Of a stretch of 64,000 nucleotides of DNA, positions 11,901 through 24,460 are shown piece by piece. The stretch spans positions 62,001 to 126,000 of the forward strand of contig MU053448.1 in the NCBI GenBank assembly GCA_013239625.1, in the 5' to 3' direction. Position numbers and translations under genes: made by a program. Below the pieces are notes generated by a model. It did no database searches. It saw nothing but the letters and a program-made list of their open reading frames with translations, and was not told the DNA's origin. The stretch comes from Lama guanicoe (lineage: Eukaryota). The first letter of the stretch is position 1; each line of letters starts with the position of its first letter.

Positions 11901-14900
11901 CCCCCACCCCAGATTCCTGGACCCCTGCGGCCGCCAGAGCGCTCGGTACCCCCGCGCTGGGCCGGGAACGTGGATCCACCGCTGGCGCTTCCCTTTTTTA
12001 TGACCGCCACACCGGCTGGCTGAGTCTACATGGTCCTTGGACACTTCCTCCCGCTTGGATCCAGGGTCTGCACGGGGCAGGGCAGACGGCCGCGCGCCCT
12101 CGCCCCGCCTCCGCAGTCTGGTGTCCTGGGAAAAAGGCTTCCTCCGGGTCCGAGCCGGGGTGGCGCAGCAACTGTGAGATGGGACGGGCGCCGAGATCGA
12201 CCTGCAGCTCCTGCCTGGGGGACCCGGGTTGGGGTGGCCCTGCGCTTTGCGCTCCGGCGGGGTCCGAGGTGGGTCGGGAGAGGCAGCGGCAGGGAAAAAT
12301 GACACCAGGGCACGTGGGCTGTGAGAAAGACTGAATCCGTGTATTTCCCGAGATTCCTTCTTTATCTGGATCGGGATAGGAGGAGCTGGGGGCACCAGGA
12401 TCCAGTACTAACTTGAAGATCTCAACCTGCATAAACCTGCTGGGAAACAGAACTAAGGCGCTGGAAGTGGGTTCCAGGGAACCAGGTGTTCTCAAACGTT
12501 TTAATAGTTTCCCTTTTATTTTTCTTTTTATGTCCCCACACCCTCATTTTCAGAAAATGTGGAGCATGCTGGGGGACAATTGCTACCCCAGCTCCCAGGG
12601 CCACCAAGGGGAGGCTGGAGAGAGCAAACAGGAGCCTAGGGGCCTGGCCAGTGTAGATGAGCTACCCCACCACACCTCAGGGGTGGAGTGTGGATTAATT
12701 CATTAGGGAGTTATGAGTGTTATTTAAACCAAGGGTGGGCAAACTGTTTCTTAAAGGGCTTGGGTCCCTGTCCCAGCTATTAACTCTGCCATAGAGTGTG
12801 AAAACAACCATAAGCAACATGTAAATGAGTGAAGCTGGCTGTGTTCCAAACTTTAACTTGTGGACACTGAAATTTTAATTTCATGTGTCATAAAAAAATT
12901 TTGGGGGGCAGCCTGCAGGTTGTGGTTTGCTGACCCAAGTTTAAGTGACTGAGAGGTCAAAGCAGGTCAGTGAGATGTTTCACTTATTGAGGGATCAGTA
13001 GGAGTCACTGTAGAACTGGTGTTTATCACTGTCATATTTGAGAGTTCAAAGATGGTCAGTAGTGATCACCGAGGATGGACACTGATAGTGAATTCTTTGG
13101 AGGCCAGTAGAGTTCCCTAGACGTTCGTGGACTGTCAGTGTGTTGATGGTCAGTGAGAGACAGTGAGAGTACCAGGGGCCACTGGGACTTGGAGTGTTAG
13201 TTTACTAAGTAATCGAGGGGACAGAGTCAGGGAAGGTCATTGGCAACTCCTACTCAGGCCCATAGTGTCAGTCAGACTTCTGGGATGGTCATGGGTTGTT
13301 GGAGTCTCAGGATGGTGGGGATACAGAAGTATCAAGTGAACTTTGAGAAGATATGGAGGATCCCTGAAGGAGTGAGAGAGACTCTTGAGTTCCCGAGGAC
13401 TCGTGGGCAGTCATTTGGGGCCAGAGGATACCAGAGTAAAGGGGGAAGAGCCACTGTGGGATTACAAAAGGTCTTTGGGGACCCTGGTGGTAGGGGAATC
13501 ACTAGGAAGTCGAATGGTCATGGGAGACAGTAGTGTCTGGAGAGCACAGGCAACACTGCAGGGTCAATGAGCTGTCCCTGCCATCTGTGATGGCAACCGG
13601 GAGGTAGGGCAACTGACCCAGGGGCTGTGTTCTGGCTATCTGGGGAGCTTCTGTTGGACTAGAGACTGATGGTCTGTTTGTTCGACAGGGTGAGGTGTAC
13701 CTCTGTCCCCTTGGCTTGGGGAGCATCTGTCTATCCTACTGAGGGCCTGGCTTTCTCATAGGCTGGGGTCTTTCCTACTGGCAGAAAGTCTATCAAGCGG
13801 AAGGTTTAGCGGGCTAGTTGACTGGATAGTGGGGTGTCTCTCCACTGAGTAATGTCTCTGTGCAGTTGCGGGGGTCTGTTCTTGAGAATTGTCTTTTGGC
13901 TGGCTGGGGCCACCTTCCAATTGGCTGGAGGTGGGGTGGGAGGGGTGTCCATGTGTCTGGACACAGGTCATTCTGGATGCCTGGCTGGGCATCTTCCCAC
14001 CTTTCCAAGAACCTGTCCAAGAACCTGTCCTTTTGTTTGGTTGTCTGTCCTGCTGCAGTCTGTCTCTCTCTGAGATTCTATCTAGAAGTCTGTCTGTCTT
14101 GCCAGGGGTCTATGTGTCTTTGTCTGCCTGTTTGGGGGTCTCTCTGCCTATCTGGCCTGTGACAGAAGTGGCTAATATTGCAGTCCACCTGCTGTGCTCC
14201 CAGCAGGGTTGTGTCTGTCTTTCTGACTGCATGTATGTCCACTCCCAGCTCCATGCCCTGCTCTTATTTTACCTGCCTGTCCTCCTGACACTGACCACCC
14301 TGCCGTGTCTCTCCAACATACAAACTCTACTGGCTTGCCCTCTGCTCAGCTCAAGCTGGGTGTAGGGGGTGGGAAGACCCCCCACACACCAAGACCTCCT
14401 CCAGCAGCCCTGGCCCACCTGTCTTTCTTCTCCCAGAGAACTGCAAGCTGTGTTCTTGTAATGGGACTCACTGCTACCGGTGACCCTCTTGCGCACCCTA
14501 CTGGTGGCAGTCCTGAGCAGTGGGAGCAGAGCCCTGCCCTGCAGATCCTGAGCACCCCAAAAACCAAATGCCAGAGTGCTAGCTTAACTGGCCACCCGAC
14601 AGAGCCAAATGGACTGAGTGCTGGAAGGTGCTCAGGGAAGCTTTCACAAGGCTGTGAAGAACCGAGCCTACGCTGATGTCGCAAATTCGTAACTTACATA
14701 GTGGAGAAACCTGGCAGACACCACTGTCACCCTAGAAAGCTTGTGGGGAGTTACTTTGAGACTATTGACATCCCTACTGTACAGTTCTTCTCTGACCTCC
14801 TATTTTGCTAAGGCACAGAAGGGAAGAAATTTGAAAAAATTATCTCACCGCTTCACTGTTAAGAATTTTTGGGTTGAGTGGGCTGGCCTGGCCCATCCAC

Positions 14901-15104
14901 AAGTCTGGCATTTGGCAAACAGGAAAAATGCCCCTCTCTCCAGTTACAGTGGCAGCTGGTGTCCACCCGTGATTGGAACTAACTGCCTTTGGAAGGGCTT
15001 TTGTTCCAGACTCTGGAAATTCCACAAGACAAACCAGGTTCCTAACTGAATAAATTCCAAAGAAAAAGATTAAAAGAGAGAACCCTATAGGTTAGGAGAC
15101 TTAG

Positions 15105-15600
15105 AACTTACATAAAAATGCTCGTAGCAGCATTATTCAGACTAGCCCCAAAGTGAAAAATAACCCGAATCTCATAAAGTGCTAATAAATAAAATACAGT
15201 ATGCATATGCAGTGGAATACTATTTAGCAATAAAAAGGAATCAAGTGCTGATTGATGCAACAACATGGATAAACTCTGGGAACAGTGCTAAGTGAAAGAA
15301 GCCAGTCACAAGACACCACGTGTTGCATGATTTCATTCCTATGGAACGTCCAGAAGAGGCAAGCGTACAGAGACCAGAAATAGACTAGTGGCTGCAAGGG
15401 GCTGAGGGTTGGGAGACAGTGGGAGGGGAATGACTATGGGGTCTCTTTCAGGAGGGACAAAAATGTTCTAAAATTAGATTGTAGTGATGGTTGTACAACT
15501 CTGTGAATGTGATTTTTAAAAAACAAACACTTACTTGTACAATTTAAATAGATGAACTGTGTGACATGCAAATCATCTCAATAAAGCGGTTTAAAAAAAA
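15105..15600 (+). mobile_element. Old L1M 3' end
   Basis: GTGGAATACTATTTAGCAATAAAAAGGAA...CTCAATAAAGC followed by an A tail. Confidence 0.75.
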
Positions 15601-16939
15601 ATAAACTTGTCCATCATTTACAACGAATGGACCTAAGTTGGATTCTAGTTCAAACCATCATACCTTAATCAGGGAACATTGAATATTAACTAGGTATTTA
15701 AAATAACATTATTGGAGTATATAAAGAAAGAATTTGGAATAATTGATCTTTTTAGGTGTGACAATGGTATTGTTATTCTTGTTGAGTCTTCTCTTTTAGA
15801 GGCATATGGAAATATTTATGGACTAAATGATATGGTTTCTGGGATTTGCTTCAAAATAAACAAATGGAGTGGATACAGGGAGTGAGTGGGGCTACGAAGG
15901 AAACCAGACAGGTCAACACAGAGATGGACTCATGGACTCACTGCACAGTCCTTTCTGCTCTTATGTTTGGAATTCTCTGCCATTAAAAGATTTAAAATAA
16001 TCAGTCACTATAGAGGTGAACAACTGTTTCTATAAAGAGCAAACAGGTCACAGAGAACACACACGTATCAACAGCCAGTGAGCATCTGAAGATGCAGAAC
16101 CTCCATCATAATTAAAGAAATGCAAATTCAGTTGGGGAACCACTGTGAATCCAGAGCTTGGCCAAGACGGAAAGTCTGACAGCACCCAGTGCCAGCAGGG
16201 ACACAGGCACTCAGACCTACTTACAGTGGCTGGGAGAGACAGCCTCCTGGAAGACAGCTCAGCAGCATCTGTGATCATTTTAAAGGTGAAAGGCCACCTG
16301 TAGGAGTGTGCTCATCAGAACACTTGCACAAATGTGCACAGAGGTGCATCCAATGTTCTTGAATCAGTGTTTGTTAGTAAAAAAGGAAACAACTTGAATA
16401 TGTAGGCTTTAAAGAGGGGTGCATCCACTTGTTCCAGATAACCTAGATATACCCTTGGTAACCCAGAGAGGTCCTGAAGAGATCATGAAAGGGAAAGGTG
16501 GCTATTATAAAGCTCTCCTCCACTGGTGAGCCTGAGTGCCCTGGGTTCTCTGGGGAACTCGAATGACACTCAAAGGAGGCCACAATGAACTGAATAAATG
16601 ATTTGCATCTTAATTATTCTCTGTCTGTCCCCAGCTGAGAGCTCGCCCCCAGCGCCAAGTCTTGCTCAAAGTGACATCTCTGTGCTCATAGTACTATCCC
16701 CACTCCCAGACGAAGAACTCACAGGGCCTGACTCCTGAGTGACAGCAGCCCTTCCTGTGGCCAAGGGGCAAGCCAGAGCATCGGCCCTGCCTTGTCCTAG
16801 ACACTAGTGTCGCCGCCAGGCCTGAGAATGCCCCAGAGTTGTCAGGTCTCCGCCTGAGGGGACCCCACCTCCTTCACGCTCAGCCTGACAGACTTGTCCC
16901 AACCACTCAGAGGCAAACAAGGTGCTGTGGCACACAGAT

Positions 16940-16945
16940 TTTATT
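16940..16945 (-). terminator. Probable IMP4 polyadenylation signal AATAAA
   Basis: TTTATT on the + strand about 50 nt past the IMP4 stop codon. Confidence 0.6.
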
Positions 16946-16992
16946 CTGACCCCTCCCCAGTTCCCGCTCCACATGCTGACCGGTGAGCAGGC

Positions 16993-19900
16993 TCACTCGG
17001 CGCTCAGGAAGACCCTCTTGTGCGCGGTGTTGGTGTAGGGGTGCCAGCGCCACTCCACATCCGCGGTGGCCTCCTGTTCAAGCGTGCCCAGGCGGATCAT
17101 GTACACTGGGGGAGGAGGAGGGGAAGGCGATGCGGTCACCTACACAGCCAGCATCCCCACCACCAGACATGGGATAAAGCCCCCAACTCACACTTCAGCT
17201 CAAAGCGAGGCCCGACCTCGGTCAGCTCCACCTCGCGGTGGTTGGTCTTCTTGTACACGTGGTGCCTGGGGCGAGGGGGACAGCACAGCGGTGAGGGGAG
17301 GCAGGGAGCAGCTACAGGGTCAACAACAAACAATAATACAGGGACACAAAGGTCGAGACGCTACACAGGGCCCAGCCCACAGACCTACCGGAAGGAGATG
17401 TAGTCCTCCTGGTTGGCAAAGGTAATGACCCGGTGGCTGTCATCTTTGGGCACAGGGAACAGGTAGCGCAGTATGTCAGAGACCTGGGGCAGAAGGAAGA
17501 ACAGTGGCAAGTGCCTGGCCTGGCCCCATCCCCTCGCCCAGCCCCCAGCCCTCACTCAGCCCGTGGTCCAAGACTTACCCGCTTACCCAGGCGGGAGGAA
17601 AAGCCATGCATGATGAGGTGAGGCTTGGCCTCGGACATGGTGCCCAGGTCAGGGATGTCGTGCCGCATGACCACATTGCACAGGGTGAAGTACGCAGTTG
17701 GGCCAAAGGGCAGGTGGCTGACAATGAGTCCCACTGGAGGGGCCAGGCAAGCTGTCAGAGACCCTCCACTCTCAACCAGCCAGCCTGGCAGCCACCCTGC
17801 TCCCTCCCATCAGACTTACCAGGTGTGCCTCGATGCTCGTGGACAACCAGCAAGTCAGTGACCCCATTGGCTTTGCAGGCTCGCACCAGGGCCCCTACCT
17901 CATGCCGGCCACGGTTCATGCGCTGGGCGCCTGGGAACACCAACTTCAGCTCCTGCACACAAACTCGCTCCCATTAGGACTAGGGTTGCTGGGGCCTGAG
18001 CATCTGCCGCTCACTCCTCAGCACTGGTACCTTTGCAAACATCTTGAGGCGGGAACTGGGATCTCGGGAGGTAGTGATCATGATCTTGGGATCCTCAACC
18101 CCTGCCCACCGATACTCATCATCCACGTGGCTGGTCACACCTGTCAGGAGCATGAGGCGCAAGAACATGACGTTGTCTAGGGAAGGGCGATGCTAACCTG
18201 GGGTGGCCAAATCCACCCAGCACAGCACTATCCGATTACATCTTCAAGGGTGGAAATGCAAGGGGGTGGCCCCCAGTCACACTGGCTACATACATACAGG
18301 TGACTGAGGAACTGGATCTTTACATCTGATTTAATTTTAGTTCACCTAAGCTGCTGTCATCACATGGAGCTAGTAGCTATCATGTTAGCACAAGTCCAGA
18401 TTCCATTAAGGCCAAAGGTAACAGGCTCTTCCATCATAACAAACATTTATAATGTTTCTGACTTCTTTCACATTTGTTCAGTAATACAGTGAAAGAAACA
18501 TCTCCGTGCCAACAAAGTGCTAGTAACTGAAGGCAAAGCAGTGAAAAAATGGACACTGTTCTGCCCCAGCAGAGCCCACATTCCTAGGGAGGCAGACAAG
18601 TAACTGACAAAACAAAGCAGAAAGTGGGCTAATACTAGGTCATATAAACAGAGCTGGGAGCATTCAGGGAGAGGTCCTCGAGGTGACATCCGTGCAGAGC
18701 CATGAGGCACCTGGGGGACAGTTTCAGGAGCAGGAGCTGCACAGCCTTTCTTCAAGGTGTCTGAGAAATGACGTGGAAGCCAGTGGGCTCAAGTGCAGGG
18801 AGAGGAGATGGCCCACGGGGTCAAGGAAGGTCACCTTCACCGCCAGCATCGTCAAACTCCAGGGACCCCTGTAAGGCCAGAGCTTCCCTGCGTAACTCGG
18901 TGGGAATCAGGCGGTTCTCTGTAGGGGGAAGACAGAGGGGCTCAGTGAGACATGTGCATGGAGCCTTCAGTTAGACAACACTGTATACACCTGAACTAAA
19001 GCTGGGCTGGATAGAGAGGCTGAGCTGTGGGCATGCCCACTTTGGAGCATGCTCTGGAACCCAGCACTTCTCTCCAACATGCCCTGGACAAACTCCTGCA
19101 AACGGAAGAGAACGTTCATAGCAGCAGGGCAGCACCAAACGAAAAATAAGCTCAACACCACCCACCGGGAAACGGATGAAGACCCTGTGGAATATTCACT
19201 TCAGGGAGCCTCCACGCCACTCAATGGATCATAGAAACAATGCCAAACAAAAACACAAAGCTGCAAAAGATTACACACAACCTAATTCTACCTTTACAAC
19301 TAAGAATTCTATCAGTATGATTTAAGGATGCAAACATGCACGATATAAAGAAAAAGAAAAGCAAGGAAAGGGGTTTATTTTTAAACAACATTCAATACTG
19401 TGACTATCTAGGTTGGGGAAACTATTTCTGAATTTCAATATATTGATCATTTTTCATCTCTTAATGTGGGCAGATAAATCACAAGCCTTTAACATTATGC
19501 TTAATATAAACATACATACACACACCACATATACTTTATACATCTAAAATCTAGGAAAATCAAAGTGAATTTAAAACGGAGATATTGAGCTGATGTACTA
19601 TCAGATAGGAAACAGAGCTCCACTGACATAAGAACCAACAAAACCGGGATAAATACGGCATTTCCAATCAGGCACGTGTGACAGACTCTTCATTGTTTGG
19701 CAAATGGGAAGTGGGGAAACTCTTGCAAAGTTAAATTCCTAATTTACAACGCAAATAAAATTAAGTTCTACACGAATTAACAGTTTTAAAATACAAAGGA
19801 ATCATAACAGCGCTACAAGACAGTAAGATATTCTTGTCACCTTGTAGTAGAAAAGGTAGCAAGAAGAAAAATGACAGGGGCGGGGGGAATATCTATAGAA

Positions 19901-20463
19901 CCACGTAAATTTTTTTAATTTGGGAAGAATAAATACTGTAAATTAATTAACAAGCGAGCTGTAAAATATGGATGCTGCAGCAGCAAAAACTGACAAGTAA
20001 TTCACAACATCATGGAAGGGGTATTTGCAAACCAACAGGAAGACCCAACAGGCAAAGAAAAAGACCAGTAAATACTTGAAAGGACGCTCACCACACTAAC
20101 ACAAGTGATAAGTAAACGCGTTTTATACTAGGGGTCCCTTTCCGCGTTGGTTTTTAAAACACAAGCCCAAGGTCTCTATAATGACCGGGGGGCGGGACGG
20201 ACCTACCCTCGAGCGCGCGCCGAACCTTGTCCTTCCTCTCCTGGGCGGTTCGCTGAGCCTCTTCCCGCGCCTTGCGGTACAGGTACTCGCGGCGAAGGCG
20301 GGCCTCGCGGCGCAGCTGGGGAACAGTGGGCCCGCTCAGACGACTCTTTGGCGCCACGCACGACCGGGCCCCGGAGACACCCGCCCCGAGCCCAGGGGCC
20401 ACATCCCCAGCCTCCGCGAGCCCCCAGCCTCCAAATCAGGAGCTTAACCATCCCTCCTACCAT
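16993..20463 (-). CDS. IMP4: U3 snoRNP protein IMP4, complete CDS (291 aa, 9 coding exons)
   Basis: Exons 20463-20461 (ATG only), 20315-20207, 18918-18835, 18140-18031, 17952-17820, 17733-17579, 17483-17389, 17265-17192 and 17105-16993 total 876 nt, all GT-AG. Protein MLRREARLRREYLYRKA...EVGPRFELK...VFLSAE* contains the Brix-domain motif. Confidence 0.97.
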
Positions 20464-21281
20464 CCTGAGCGCGGCTCCCACGTGGGCCCAGGAGATTCGG
20501 CCGGAGTCGCTGGCGCAAGGCAGCCCTCGCTTCCGCCCTCAACCGAGAAGGTCGCCAGAGGCCTCACTAGACTCATTAGACCGGGGTTGCCGAGAATGCC
20601 CAGAGTTAAAATGGCGAACGGCGGGTGGAAACAGCAAGGCGATTGGCCAACCCGGAGGCGCATGCTCATGGAGCAACCAATAGGGTAGGGGCGTGTCAAG
20701 TGTTGTCACGTGGCTTAGGACGGCCGTAAATAAAGGTGTCCGTCAGTGACTACGCTACCTACCATCGCGGAGCGGGATACTCAATGTTAAGATGACGGGC
20801 TGCCAAAATAATGATAATTGTTGGCTCGAAATAGCCCCGCAACTATAAAAGCAGCACAGCGATCGACCAGAGAGTCGCCTACCGGCTCCTTCTGGAATTA
20901 TATTTAAAGCAGCTCCTCCCTTAAAATGGTTGCCGAACAGCTACGCCTCCTTTCATCGTCACGGCAACAGCCCAACTTTTAAAATGAAGCCGCTTCCAGA
21001 AGCAACTGGGAACCACCCACGACTCTCGCCGGCTGTCCGGGTGTCTAGTCCTCTTCGGGAGCTACTCACCTCCCCCAGGCCGCTGAGGGGAGAGCGCTTG
21101 TCCTGCTAGAGAACCAGCCGGCAGCTTAGGCCGGGTGGGCGTCTCAGGCCAGCGAGGCGTCTCGGGGGTGGGAACGCCCCATCGAGGGCGGGTCTCGCGC
21201 GCCTATTGGTTGTCTTGCCGGCACAGCGGGCGCTGATTGGGCAACTTGGAAGGAGCCGGCACCCGACTGTGTGCCGAGGCC
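20464..21281. promoter_or_regulatory. Bidirectional CpG-island promoter of IMP4 and CCDC115
   Basis: The divergent ATGs are 818 nt apart. Motifs: YY1-like AAAATGGCG 20608-20616; CCAAT/ATTGG at 20642, 20677, 21205 and 21236; NRF1-like GCGCATGCTC ~20658; E-box GTCACGTGG 20705-20713. Confidence 0.8.
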
Positions 21282-24200
21282 ATGGCGGCGCCGGACCTGC
21301 GGGCCCAGCTGGACTCGCTGCTCCTGCAGCTGCTCGGGGACCTGGAAGAACTGGAGGCGAAGCGGGCGGCGCTGAACGCCCGGGTGGAGGAGGTGGGAGC
21401 CTGAGGTGGGAGCCTGGGGACGGGCGGGCCTGTCGGCACGCGGAAGTTACCGAGTTTCACCGCTCTCCTCTCTCTTCCCAGGGCTGGCTCTCGCTCTCCA
21501 AAGCTCGCTACAACATGGGTGCCAAGTCGGTAGGGCCCCTGCAGTATGCCTCCCGCATGGAGCCCCAGGTCCGCGTCGGCACCAGGTGAGGAGCCTTGCA
21601 CGCTGCAGCGGGTGGGCGGGCGGGGTCCGCGCCGGGGCTACCAAAGATCCAACCTCCCTTCTCGTTCTTTAGCGAGGCCCAGGACGCACTCCAGAAGTTC
21701 TGGTTGGTGAGAGCGGGCACCCAGACTCCAGAGGAGGTGGGGCCCCGCGAGGCAGGTGAGCAATCGCTTTTTCCCTTCATAGCCCATCTCAATGTCAAAG
21801 ACACAATGCACGCGACAGCTGAGGAGATGATTTTACTCAGGCTGTTGTGATAGAACGCCCCAGATCTGAAGATCAGAATGTCTCTTCGGAGTGGGGTTTT
21901 TCCTTAGACTTTTACAAGGAGAAATAGACAAGTTATAGGTGAAGTCCTTTACAATTGGGATTGTTTTGCAATCAGAGGAAGTCTCAGCTGAACAGAAGAT
22001 GTTTATTTCAGTATCAAGCTAGTTTAGTGGGATAGACTAATCTCAATTAGTCGTTCGTAAGTTAAAGAACCGTGAGTTGAAGGGTCTGCCTGACCTTTCA
22101 GCACGTTCAGGCAAAATGGGAAAGGTCAGTGTGTGGCTTTTTCACAGGAAAACAGGGAGGGGGGGTCATCTGCTGGTTTTATGACAGTCATGAGGAAGAG
22201 TAGACAGACTCATCTGAATCACAAGGGGAAGGGTGGTTGTTTGTGGTAAGCTGTTTTCCAGAACATAAAAAGTTGAGAGGATTTTCCACCCATCAGTATT
22301 TTCAGGGATCATGAGCTCAGATCACGTTCAGTGTTGTCACTGAGAGGACAAGGGCCAGGTAACAAGACCCCCAACCTCCAGCCTTCCTTCCTCCAGCTCT
22401 TCGCAGGCGCAAGGGCCTCACCAGGACCCCAGAGCCAGACCCCTCGCCAGCTCCCCAGGACCCTCTGAACTGGTTTGGAATCCTGGTTCCTCACAGTCTG
22501 CGGCAGGCCCAAGCCAGCTTCCGGGAGGGTGAGTGCCCCCTACCAGGGACCTTCTATCTACTAATGCCAAGGCCAGTCTACACAGGGCTTTGCTGGTTTT
22601 CCCCGTTGCAGACTTTTGTTGCACACCTACTATTTTTTCAGAAAGCATTTATTGGCTATTGGCAGAGTTCCAGGGTCATGTTAGGTTTTGGGGACATAGC
22701 TGGAAACAAAAGGGACAAACACCCTCAAAGGATATTTATTCTGTTGAGGGGAGAAAGACAACATGCACACAAAAGAAGTAGGCCCTAAATATACTACCAG
22801 GTAGTGAGAATTGCTGTGAAAAAATAAGATAGACTGTAGTGAATGAAGTGGACTGGGGGAGCTGTCTTATAAGGGTAGCCTGAAAAGACCCTAAGAGATG
22901 AAGGAGAGAGCTTTGTTCATGTTCTGGGGGAACAGTGTCCTAGGGAGAGTGACCAGCCAGGGCTGAAGCCCTGAGGTGGGGTTGTGTCTGGAATGGCAGA
23001 GAGGAGGCCAGTGGGCTGGACTGGAGTTGGTACAGTGGGGTGTGCCAGGCCCTGAGGTCAGAGGGGGCTGGACCCAGGTGATTCAAGAGCTGGGTAGGTC
23101 CTGATGAGGACTTTGGGAGTGACAGGGTGGCTCTGAGCAGAGGGAGGTGCAACTGGACTTGCAGGGTGACAGGAATCTTGAGGATACTGGGGAAACAGAC
23201 AAGAGCAGAGGAGAGAAGCAGGTGGCAGGGAGTAGCCAGCGTGAGATGCAGGTGGAGGCAGTAGAGGATGGAATAAGTGGTGGGAAGCTACAGGGTTTTT
23301 GAGTCAAAGCCATAGATGTTCGGGATTCAGGGAAGGGGAGTAGTGAAGGATGCGTCCACACTCTCCAGAATGCGTCCACACTCTCCAGAATGCCTGAAAC
23401 GTGGATGCCCTCAGCGGGGGTGGGAGGGCTACCAAGCAGCAGCTGAGAGGAAGTCAGGAGTTGGGTGTGGGTGTGTTCCTAGTGCTGTGTGTGTGGCGGA
23501 GATTCTGAGTGGGTGGCAGAGATTCTGAGTGGGTGGTTGGGACCATGCATCTGGAGTTTGGAAGAGGCATGAGCTGGAGAGAGAGAGATTGGGGAGCCCA
23601 CTGCGTAACACTGGTTTTAAATTCCCAAGTTGCTGATACAACAGTATTCAAGTTGAAATGAGATAAGATCAGCAGAGGGTCAAGGAGTGTGGACAGGAAG
23701 TGAGGGGAAGAGGAGAGGAGAAGCCAGTCCAGGAGACTGAGAGGGAGCAGTGGGGCCAGAGCAACACCCAGAGGGCAAGGTGTCCCAGAAGCCGAGAGGA
23801 GAAAGTGTGACCTAGAGGGAGGTGATCAGGTGTGTGGCTAGCTCTGCTGCCGGGCACGCAGGCTGAAGACAGGACTGACTGGTGGGCTGGGGGGCGTGAA
23901 TGGCCCAGAGGACTTGACAGCAGCTGTTGGAGCAGAGGCATCAGGTGAAAGCAACCTAGAGGTGGATCCCAAGTGTGGGCCACTCCTGGGGGCAGAGAAA
24001 ACAGTAGAAGAGAGGGTGAGAGCAGTGAGGGACTGTGATAAGGGGGAAAAAAAGGAAGGACGGGAGACAGTGTTACGATCTGTGAATTTTTAGTTCCTGG
24101 TGGGTGATATAAGGGAGTCGAAGTCTTCTGAGGAGGTGTCATTTTAGCAAAGATCTGAAGGAGGTGAGGGTGCGGGTCCAGTGAGGTTCTCAAGGAGCCA

Positions 24201-24460
24201 ATACAAGGTGATACCTGGAATGTTTTAGGATAAGGGTGGAGGCCAGAGAGGCCTAGAGGCTTTGCAATCCCTGGGGATGTGCAGCACCCCCCTGAGTCAT
24301 GTGTCACACCACAGATACCATGGTTACAATCTCTCTTCTTCTTCTAGGTCTTCAGCTGGCTGCCGACATGGCCAGCCTACAGAGCCGCATCAACGAGGGT
24401 CGCAGCCAGGTCCGGGGGCTCCAGGAGAAACTTAAGCAGCTGGAGCCCAGGGCTGCCTGA
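21282..24460 (+). CDS. CCDC115: Coiled-coil domain-containing protein 115 (V-ATPase assembly factor VMA22), complete CDS (180 aa)
   Basis: Exons 21282-21392, 21482-21585, 21673-21755, 22397-22528 and 24348-24460 total 543 nt, all GT-AG. Protein [50 protein letters not shown]...[39 protein letters not shown]...EPRAA*. Confidence 0.96.
21793..22339. mobile_element. Probable solo ERV LTR in CCDC115 intron 3
   Basis: ~550-nt segment bounded by TG...CA with LTR-like composition. Family not identified. Confidence 0.4.
22640..24230 (-). mobile_element. LINE-2 fragment in CCDC115 intron 4
   Basis: Starts with an L2 3' end in reverse (AAGCATTTATTG...GGGGACATAG), followed by long purine-rich L2-like sequence. 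Confidence 0.65.

Noticed and set aside
11031..12495. Many long overlapping ORFs (up to 305 aa) around PTPN18 exon 1
   Set aside because: Stop-codon scarcity in a CpG island explains them. Only the 31 codons of PTPN18 exon 1 are supported.
23350..23536. Two 20-bp tandem duplications (~23350-23393 and ~23499-23536)
   Set aside because: Ordinary slippage duplications inside an L2 relic.
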